Shown: in pieces, positions 55,179 to 64,000 of the stretch
Position numbering within the stretch: position 1 is the stretch's first letter
How the letters are laid out: each line of letters starts with the position of its first letter
Source: Ascoidea asiatica JCM 7603
Lineage: Eukaryota; Fungi; Ascomycota
Direction of reading: 5' to 3'
Assembly (NCBI GenBank): GCA_001600695.1
Contig: BCKQ01000013.1
Span: forward strand, 188,045-252,044
DNA length: 64,000 bases
Program-made: the position numbers and the translations under genes
Notes under the pieces: model-generated
Database searches by the model: none
The model's input: the letters and a program-made list of their open reading frames with translations, nothing else
Told to the model about the DNA's origin: nothing

Positions 55179-55676
55179 ATGGATTCTGAAGGTCTTAATC
55201 AACTAATAACTGCTTTAAGTTTAATTCATAATCCAAGAACTTCAAATGATGAAAGACATCAAGCTCAATTTTTTTTAGATAATGTTAAAAATGAAGATAA
55301 TTCTCCAATTTGGGGTTATCAATTAAGTCAAAAAAATAATAATTTAAATAATTCAATAATTAGACATTTTGGTTTAACACTTTTACAAAATTCAATAAAA
55401 TTAAATATTGACCTTTTAAATAATAAAGATATTAAAAATTTTGATAATATTAATGAAAAATTATTAACTTTAAGAAATTGGATTATTGATTTATCTTTAA
55501 ATATTCGATTTGATGATCCAAATTATTTTAAAGAAAAATTAGCTTTTCTTTGGGTACTTATAGCTAAAAATATTTGGGGTTCATATCTTGAATTACCAAA
55601 TTTATTAAATAATAATTCTTTTACAAAATTTGAAATTAATCAAATTATTCAAAATAAATTAAATTCTTTTTCTTCA

Positions 55677-55713
<37 letters not shown>

Positions 55714-56081
55714 TTAATATTAAAGGTTTAAATTATCAAAATTTAATTAATGGTTGGTATAATATGGATAATGATTTAATAAAATTATGGAATTTAAATA
55801 AATTTACAAGAGAATTAAATTTAATTATTTTTAAAACTTTATTTGAAGATATTTATATTATTGAAGATCCAATTTCAAATTTAAGATCAAATATTTTAAA
55901 TTTACTTTGTACTGAATTAATTTCTTCAAATTTTATAATTAATAAATTTTATGATTCAAATTATTTAATATCTTTAATAAAATCAAATTTAAATAAAAAT
56001 GGTTGGTTAAATATTTGGTCTAATTTTTTAAATTTATGTTTAAAAAAATTAAATTCAAATTATAATGAATTTATTTTCATA

Positions 56082-56115
<34 letters not shown>

Positions 56116-56737
56116 GTAATAAAGAAGATGGTGATCATAATAATAATAATAATGATGATGAAAATAATGAAAATAATGATGAAGAATATGATCATGATTA
56201 TGATTCTAATGATATTGATGATAATATTAATGATACTTTAATTGATAATTTATCTGAAGATGATTGTATAAATTTTATTATAAAAATATTATCAACTTTA
56301 AAATCTTGTTTACATTGGATTTTACCAATAAATTTAATTAAAAATAATATACTTAATAGAATTATAAATTCATTATTAACAAATAATATTCAAATAAAAA
56401 TTTTATCTGTTGATTGTTTACATGCTTTATTAACAAGAAATTTTTTAAATTTAATAGAATTTAATAATATTATTGGTAATATTTTTAATAAATTTGGTAT
56501 TCAAATTTTAAATAATGTTTATGATTCAATTAATAATCAAATAATTTTAGAAAATTATTCAATAAATTCAAATTATTCAATTAATGAAAATTATTATTCA
56601 TTTTTAAAAAAATTAGTTGAAATGTCTGTTGGTTTATCTTCTTATCTTTCAACTTCATATCCTGATGGAATTATAAATGATTCTCCTTCAACAATTTTAA
56701 CAAATAATTTATCAAATAATTTACAAATCTCAGATAC

Positions 56738-56769
<32 letters not shown>

Positions 56770-59516
56770 GTAATAATAGTAATAATAGTAATAATAGTAA
56801 TAACAATAACCATAGTAATAATAATAACCTAATTAACAATAATAATAGTCAAACTTTTTTATCAAATGGTAAAAATTCTTTTAGATTACCAAAAAATTCA
56901 GATATCTTAGGTTATTTAAAATTAATTTTAAAAACAACAAATAATGATTCATTAATAATTTCTGGACTTTCATTAAATTTTTGGGTTTCAATGTTAAGAA
57001 TTGATATAATTTCAAATGAAAATACTCCATTTTTTAAATTATTACCTGATTTATTAGAAATTGTTTCAATAAGATGTTTAAATTTTTCTGATTTATTTGA
57101 ACAACAAGAAATTAATGATGATTATAATTATAATAATTTAAATAAAATTAATTCAATTAATCAAATTTTTAAAATTCCAATTTGTAAAAAATTTATGGAT
57201 ATTGATTTTGATTCAACTCCTGAAATTAATACATTTTTATCAAATTATTCAAAATATTTAGAAGATATTATTAGAATTATAATTTGTAAAAAACCAAAAG
57301 ATGGTTTAATTTGGTTACAAAATAGATTAAATTTATTTTATTCAAATCAATTTGGTATAAATTGTTTAAATCAATCAAAATTATATTTAAATAAAAAAAT
57401 TGATTTATCTTATTTTTGGGGTTTTCAACAATTTGTTTTAATTGAAGCAACTGTTAAAGGTATTTCACGTTGGAAAATTTGGTATGATAATTCAAAAATG
57501 GATAAAATTTTAAAATTAAATGAATTAAATGATTTAGTTCAAAATTTATGTGAAAAATTATTAATTTTAGATTTAAAAGATTTAATGTTATTAAGAAAAC
57601 AAATTCAAACTTTAGTTCAATTTACTCCATTATTAAAAGATTCAAATTCAAATTTAATGTTAAAAGTTTTAGAAAAAATTTTAACAATTTCAACTTTTGA
57701 AATACCTGAAAATGCAAGTGATGAAGAAAGAGAATTAGTTAGAGATTTAAGAATAACTTGTGGTACGGAATTAAATAGATTAGCTTATATGATTCCAGAA
57801 AGTTTAAAAGAAATTTTAAATGATTTAGAAAATGTAATTTCAAATATTTTATTATCAAAAAAAGTTTCTGAACATGAATCTGTTGCATTTAAATCATTTT
57901 TATTAATTGTTTCTCAAAGATCTTCATTACCAGAAAATGAAAAAATTGAAAAATTTATAAAAATTGTTGAACCTGAATTATCTGCTTGGAATGATCCTGC
58001 TACCATGAAAGGTTTATCAGATTTACCATGGTTTATGGAAAGATTAGGTATTGTAAAAATTGCAGAATATTTTAAAAAAAGAGGTATTAATGGTAAAGCA
58101 GATCTTTTTACAATTGAAATGGATGATGAAGGTAGAGCTTTAAAAGCAGAATTAAATGAACATTGGAGTAAAATTTTTCCAATTAGAGCTACAAGAATTT
58201 TTGTTCAATATACTATTGAAAAATTGTCTCATACATCTCAAGATTATTTATCTTTATTAACTTTATGGAAACCAAGAATTCAACCAATTTTACCATATAT
58301 TTTACAATTAATTGCACAAATTCAAAGTTATCATAATCCAGAAAATTGGAAAGATTTACCAATTGAAGTTCAATCTTTTGTTAAAGATAGTTGTACAGAA
58401 AGATTTTGGCAAATTGGTATATCAACACAATCAAGAGATATTTTTGTTTCAGAAAGTGTTAAAGCAATGCATACATTAAGAGATTTTGCAGATTCTGTTG
58501 GTCATATTGTTAGATATACAAGAGAATATGCATTTTTAGCAATTGCTTCAATTACTCAATTAGAAGGTACATTATATGAAATACCTGGAATTGGACAATT
58601 ATTATGGAAAGCAGTAGCGTCAGATTCTGCAGGAGTTACTCTTCATTCTTGGAGACATATGATTAATTTATCATTACGTAATGTTGTTAAAAATTGTCCA
58701 GTTGAATATGTTAATAGATTTATGGGAGAATTATTACCATTAGCATTACCATCAATTGATGAATTATTATATAGAAAATGGGAAAAAGTTTATATTGATG
58801 GAATTCAATTAGTTGGTAATGAAGATGATGATACATTATCAGAAGAAATGATGCAAGAACATTTATTAAGACAATTAACAGCAGTTGTTGATAGATTATT
58901 AATTGATTTAGTTGGACAATTAAGTTCAAAACAAGCATTAACAGAAACTCAAATTGCTATAAGAGAATATATATTTGATAATAATAAAGCAGTTTTAGGA
59001 AATTTTTTACAATTATTAATTCATATGATTGGTTATAAAGATACAAAATGTTCATATAATGCAATTTTAGTTTTTAGAAATTGTTTTAAAGATATATTAT
59101 TAAAAGATGAAGAAGTTGATAAATGGATTTGTAATGAATTATTTACAATATTAAATTCAATATTAAATGAAAGTTATTTTCAAGATATTCATTCAGAATC
59201 TGGATATTTATTTACAGAAGTTTATATGTTATTAAGAAGTAAATATGAATTTCCTGCATATATTTTAACAGAAATTTTACAAGTTGATGATAAAATGATT
59301 AAAGAAATGGAAACATTAATGGGATCAAGTAAATCTTTAAAACAAAGAAAAGCATGTTTAACTCAATTAATAATTGCAAATAATGAAACAGTTCAAAAAC
59401 AAGAAAGAAAAAGAATATTGGCAGGAAGAAATCGTAAAAAACTTGAAACAGATTTAATGAATGCAAGTATTCATGAAGAAAATGGTGGTGGTGTATTAGG
59501 TAATTTATTTGATTAA
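55179..59516 (+). CDS. MSN5: Karyopherin Msn5 (exportin-5)
   Basis: ALSLIHNPRTSNDERHQAQFFLD..SPIWGYQL, IRHFGLTLL, LRKQIQTLVQF, CGTELNRLAY, LPWFMERLGI, FPIRATRIF, EEMMQEHLLRQLT. Confidence 0.95.
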
Positions 59517-61294
59517 ATTTATTGAATTGATTAAGTTTTCTTGATATTACAAAATATAACCTTCAAAGTTTTAAATTTCAAAATAAAGTAAAAAAAATTT
59601 TGGAATTTTTTTGTATGGTTCTATTATTTATTCATTGAATAATTCGATGTAAAGGTAATTCCAAAAAAAGGATATTTTTTTTCTCTCTCCATGAATTTCT
59701 TTATTATAATATATTATTTGATTTTTTTTCATTGTTTGTTGTTGTTATTATTGTTATTGTTGTTGTTGTTAGTTTGTTTTTTTTCTTTTCTTTGCCAGTT
59801 TTTATTATTTTTTATTAATTTTTATTAAATGATTTCCGTTCGTTGTTATCTATTTTGTTAAAGATATTTTAAATCCTTTGAAGGAAAACCTTTACTAGAA
59901 CTATAGAAGGAATTGAAAAGGTTTCAAAAGTTTTGATATCCACATATTCAGTTGCTTTTCTATTTATTTTGTTCAATTGCTGCTTATTGTTTGTTGTAAA
60001 TAATACAATAATCTTGAATTTGAATTTAAATTAAAATAGAAACTAAAGCTAAACCAGAAATAAAAAGAAGACAATTAATATTATAGAAGAGAAGAAAGAA
60101 AGAAAGAGAAAAAAAATTGTATTTGTACTTTATGAAAAAAGCGTGTTAAAATAAAAATAAATAAAAATTGCTCACATTTATCAGACTAATTAATAAAAGC
60201 AGATCTAGAATAGATTTTGTTGACATTTGTATATTTATTTATATAGTTGAATAGTTGAATAGTTGTAGTTAGTAAAATAAAAATAAAAAAAATAAATATT
60301 TAAGAGCATAATAATAAATAGAAGCTTGAAATGAAAACTTATTGAAGAATTGTTTCCTCAACAATCTCGAGTTTGAAATAAACCTTTAAAGTAAAACAGA
60401 GTAAAAAGAAGTTAGAGTTATCAGCACAGGAGTAATTTGGAAGCCATAGTCGAAGAATCAAACTAACTTTGAATAAATTCAATCACTTTTATCTTTTATT
60501 TCTTTTATTTCTTTATTTCTTTATTTCTGATTAATTTTATTATTTCTCGCTCAAAGAATGCTTTGAGTAACAAGTTTTTGCCTCTGAGAGCTTTCATTGG
60601 CCACGAATTGCTGCAAATTCTCGTCTTTGGAAGTTGCTGATAAGAAAAAAAGCTGGAAAAGGAACCATTTTTGATTTTTTTTGATTAATTTTGATTATTT
60701 TTGATTATTTTTGATTAATTTAGATTAAATCAGATTATTTTAGTCAAATTATTTCAATTTTAGTTGGATCATGATTCAAGATAGCTTCTGATATGAATGA
60801 GAAGAACTCAAGCAAGATCAAAGGAACTCAATTCAATACTAGACCAATTTAAGATTATAATTTAGGAAAGCATTGGAGAAATGGCCCCCTATGCTCAAAA
60901 GTAGATTTTATTATTGATATCTTTATAATTATCGATGTTTTCACATTTAAAATCTATTCAATTGCAAACTCACAGCTGTAATTGAATTGGTTCTTAAAGC
61001 TTTTTATCGGGTAAATATATTTTATTATTTCATATATCTTTTATTAGATATCTGATAAAAATTGGGTGTAAATAAATGAAATCTATTGAAGATATAATAG
61101 AACAGTATCAAGTATGATATATGAATCTATAAATATATAAATGTAAATGATTCTTCAAATTTTTATATTGGTTTGCAATGATTATCAAATTTTAAACAAT
61201 AATAATAGTTAATTTCATATTCATATTCATATTTATATTCATATTCTCACAATAATTCATTCATATCAATAATATTATAAAACATATTCAAATA

Positions 61295-62491
61295 ATGCCA
61301 GCTTTAACTTCAGAAGTAATTAATGGAAATCTTGATAATTCAGTTCCATCTTATGTTTATGATGAAATTGTTGTACCATTATTAAATGAGATCTTAAAGA
61401 AACCAAATTTTAATCCAAATCTTAAATTTGATTTTAATAAGCATGTTATTTTTAATCCAGAAACTGATTTTGAAAAATATAAATCAATTTCATTATCAGA
61501 TATTAATATTAATCATCCAGAAGCTGTTTCAAATTTTGGTTTTACAAAAGCATTTCCATTATTTAGTGAAGAAGCTGTTGATATGATGAGATTTGAAATT
61601 TTTAAAAAAGAAATATTTAATAATTATGGTAGATTAGCAAATTTAACAAAATTTAAAGGTATTGATGTTCAAATTGGTGGTTATACAAATTTAACACCAT
61701 TTACATTAGAAGCAACAACAAATTTTAAAGTTATGGAAATTTTTAATAAATATGCAGAAATTGAATTATCACATATGATTCCATATGAAATTGCTTCAAT
61801 AAATTTTGGTATAAAAACATTTGAACAAGTTGAAGATGAAAAAAAAAATAAAGAAATTTATTTAGCTAAAAATAAAGCAATTTTTGATAAAGAATCTGAT
61901 TTTGTTAGAGGTTGGCATTGTGATTCAAATAGTTTTAGTTTAATTGTAATGTTATCAGATACAAAAGAAATGATTGGTGGTGAAACAGCTCTTGAAACTG
62001 GTAATGGAGATATTTTAAAAGTTGATAATTATCAAAAAGGTTGGGCATCTTTAGTTCAAGCACATTGTATTAATCATATTGCTTTAAAACCATATTGTTC
62101 AATGGAAAGAATTACAGCAATTTCTGCATTTAGACCAAAAAATTCATTAATTAAAGAACCAACAGTTTTAACAACAATTAAACCATCAATTTTACCAAGA
62201 AGTAGATATAATGATTATTATCCAGAATGGATGAATTATAGATTAGATATTATTTCAGATAGAATTAAATGGTTAAAAGAAAAAGTTAATAAAGATAAAG
62301 AAATTGGTAAAGATTTTAATCAAATTGAAATTATTAATTATATGGAAGATTTATCAAATTATTCTAAAGCAACTTGGAGAGAATTTGAAGTTGTTGATGA
62401 AGGTAAATATCATCAACCACCAAAAAAGAAATTTATTGAAAATTGGGAAACTTCAAATGTAAGTGAAAAAGTTTTAGATTTTAATTATTAA
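61295..62491 (+). CDS. Fungal Fe(II)/2-oxoglutarate dioxygenase-fold protein of unknown substrate
   Basis: FPLFSEEAV..MR.E, WHCDS (HxD), MLSD..MIGGETAL, distal His in INHIA, ERIT..FRP; GATA (GATAA/TTATC) sites upstream. Confidence 0.8.
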   Translation: MPALTSEVINGNLDNSVPSYVYDEIVVPLLNEILKKPNFNPNLKFDFNKHVIFNPETDFEKYKSISLSDININHPEAVSNFGFTKAFPLFSEEAVDMMRFEIFKKEIFNNYGRLANLTKFKGIDVQIGGYTNLTPFTLEATTNFKVMEIFNKYAEIELSHMIPYEIASINFGIKTFEQVEDEKKNKEIYLAKNKAIFDKESDFVRGWHCDSNSFSLIVMLSDTKEMIGGETALETGNGDILKVDNYQKGWASLVQAHCINHIALKPYCSMERITAISAFRPKNSLIKEPTVLTTIKPSILPRSRYNDYYPEWMNYRLDIISDRIKWLKEKVNKDKEIGKDFNQIEIINYMEDLSNYSKATWREFEVVDEGKYHQPPKKKFIENWETSNVSEKVLDFNY

Positions 62492-62592
62492 ATTGCAAAA
62501 AAAAGATAGTTATATATTATAAATTAATGGTATACATACATAAATTTATATATATATATATATAGTGTAATGAATAATTTAGAAAATAAGTA

Positions 62593-63414
62593 TTAAATTG
62601 GAGGTAAATGTTTTTCAACAAAATTAACAATATCAGAAATTTCTTCATCATTAATTTGATGTTGCATACCTGGATAACTTTTTAAAGTTAAATTTTTAAG
62701 ACCAATTTTATTTTTAAAAAAATCAAAAGATTCTTTAGCATAATTAAAATTTATCATTTTATCATTTGTACCATGAAAATGAATTAATGGAGTTTCTATA
62801 TTTTTTGAATTAACTTTTTCATTTAATAAAATTGGCATAAGTTTTGCAAAACCAGAACATGAAATTAAACCAGCTAATTTATAATCACTAAGTATAGATA
62901 ATGAATAAGTTAAAGAACCACCTTGAGAAAATCCACCGATAATTATTCTATCTGAAGAAATTTTATCAATAGTAATTAAATCTTTAATAATTTTATTAAT
63001 TTCAGAAATTGAAGATAAATAACCTTTTGTATCATCTTTTGAAGTTGAAGAACCAAATTGATAAATATCAAACCAACTTGACATTTTATAACCATTATTT
63101 GCAGTTATTGGAATTTCATTTGCCTGTGGAAAAATAAATTTAATATGTTTACCATTTTCTTTTGAACTTATAATTTGTGATAAAAATTTAAAAGAAGATG
63201 CATGATCACCTAAACCATGAATAAATATAAAAGCAGCAGTTGCTTTATTTACTGAATCTATAGTTATTTTTGAAATTGTCATTGGTGAATAAGTTTTTGA
63301 ATTTAAATCTATATTTGTATTTATATTAGAATTGGAATAATAATTGGAATAATAAAGGAATAAAGAGAAGAATAATACAAAAACAGAAACAAAGTTGAAG
63401 ATTCTATTAGCCAT
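62593..63414 (-). CDS. Acyl-protein thioesterase 1 / lysophospholipase (YLR118C-like) with N-terminal hydrophobic extension
   Basis: IFIHGLGD, IKFIFPQA..ITANNGYKMSSWFDI, GGFSQGG, HGTND, YPGMQH. Confidence 0.92.
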   Translation of the reverse strand: MANRIFNFVSVFVLFFSLFLYYSNYYSNSNINTNIDLNSKTYSPMTISKITIDSVNKATAAFIFIHGLGDHASSFKFLSQIISSKENGKHIKFIFPQANEIPITANNGYKMSSWFDIYQFGSSTSKDDTKGYLSSISEINKIIKDLITIDKISSDRIIIGGFSQGGSLTYSLSILSDYKLAGLISCSGFAKLMPILLNEKVNSKNIETPLIHFHGTNDKMINFNYAKESFDFFKNKIGLKNLTLKSYPGMQHQINDEEISDIVNFVEKHLPPI

Positions 63415-63819
63415 TAATTGAATTATAATTGAATTATAGTAATCTCACATATCTATTTCTTCTACTTTCTTGTTGGAGATTCTTCTCTTCCTTTATATCA
63501 ATCTCTTATTGTTATTGAATATTTTGATTACTTCCAAATTCGGGCAGTGAATAAATAACAATGCAAAGAGTGCAAAACGAGAAGGTTTTACTGGGCCAAT
63601 TGGCGGTGGATGCTGACGTAAGCGCAGCACTAAACGAACCAAAGGGAGTATATTTGGAGTATATTTGGAGTATATTTGGAATATATTGAATATATTTAAT
63701 ATATTAGTGAGATTTAGTAAGAAGAAGAAGAAGAAATTAGTAATGAAAGAAAGAAATTAGTAATGATGAAGTAATCAGGCAGACAATGAACTATATAATA
63801 AAGAAGCAGAAATGGTTGA

Positions 63820-64000
63820 TCAGCTTAGTATTGGAGCCAAATATTTTTGCCAGAGAGCAGGAACAATATCTGGACACCAATCTGATTGTGAATGATGAGA
63901 CTGGACACAGACGTAGAAGTTGCCCTGGTAAACAACCATATCATTTCTTGAATATCTCAAACCAACTTGCCAATCTTGCATTGTTCCATGAGGAGAGTTT
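63820..64000 (-). CDS. CBM12 / ChiA1-type chitin-binding domain (3' end of a gene, or a 53-aa ORF from ATG 63981)
   Basis: Manual translation ...NSPHGTMQDWQVGLRYSRNDMVVYQGNFYVCVQSHHSQSDWCPDIVPALWQKYLAPILS*; matches W...Y...VxYxG..Y.C.Q.H.S...W.P..VPALW. Confidence 0.88.
   Translation of the reverse strand, partial: NSPHGTMQDWQVGLRYSRNDMVVYQGNFYVCVQSHHSQSDWCPDIVPALWQKYLAPILS

Noticed and set aside
11223-58938. Short antisense or alternate-frame ORFs inside genes (11223, 15520, 23551, 25637, 26027, 36351, 36827, 41890, 45051, 49552, 56642, 58720) and the 31333 ORF
   Set aside because: Shadows of low-complexity codon repeats or microsatellites

Overview
Eukaryotic, intron-free, extremely AT-rich budding-yeast (Saccharomycotina) DNA with poly-Asn-laden proteins. 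The composition suggests Ascoidea or a relative, but this is inference and cannot be verified here. The window holds about 24 protein genes. Most are ordinary: ADH3-like (partial, missed by the ORF track), APL5, OXR1, KXD1, PDS5, SEO1, AEP2, CEM1, ORM, an Smr protein, RCO1, Cdb4/Ebp1, PRP6, MSN5, an Fe/2OG dioxygenase and APT1. I recognised no tRNA, rRNA or intact transposon. The main hidden structure is a bipartite quasi-palindromic motif, AAGAAG[T/C/A][A/C]CC-N8-GGTCTC, with conserved arms and a variable spacer of fixed 8 bp. It recurs in many of the short GC-rich intergenic islands, forms an 8-unit array (27-29 bp period) upstream of PDS5, and forms a 40-bp composite array with E-boxes upstream of a gene encoding a PIF/Harbinger-type Myb/SANT-like DNA-binding protein. 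The strong copies all point the same way along the chromosome. I propose this as a candidate lineage-specific, possibly transposon-derived factor/site system. Other oddities are a divergent, N-terminally extended cytochrome c (Y67F, Asn52 lost), a 540-aa Ypd1 split by two large insertions, a cysteine-less membrane-anchored peroxiredoxin-fold protein, a C-terminally truncated Prp6, a GC-rich bacterial-type chitin-binding (CBM12) ORF at the right edge, and short, mostly inverted, dispersed duplications including a decayed CEM1 fragment.
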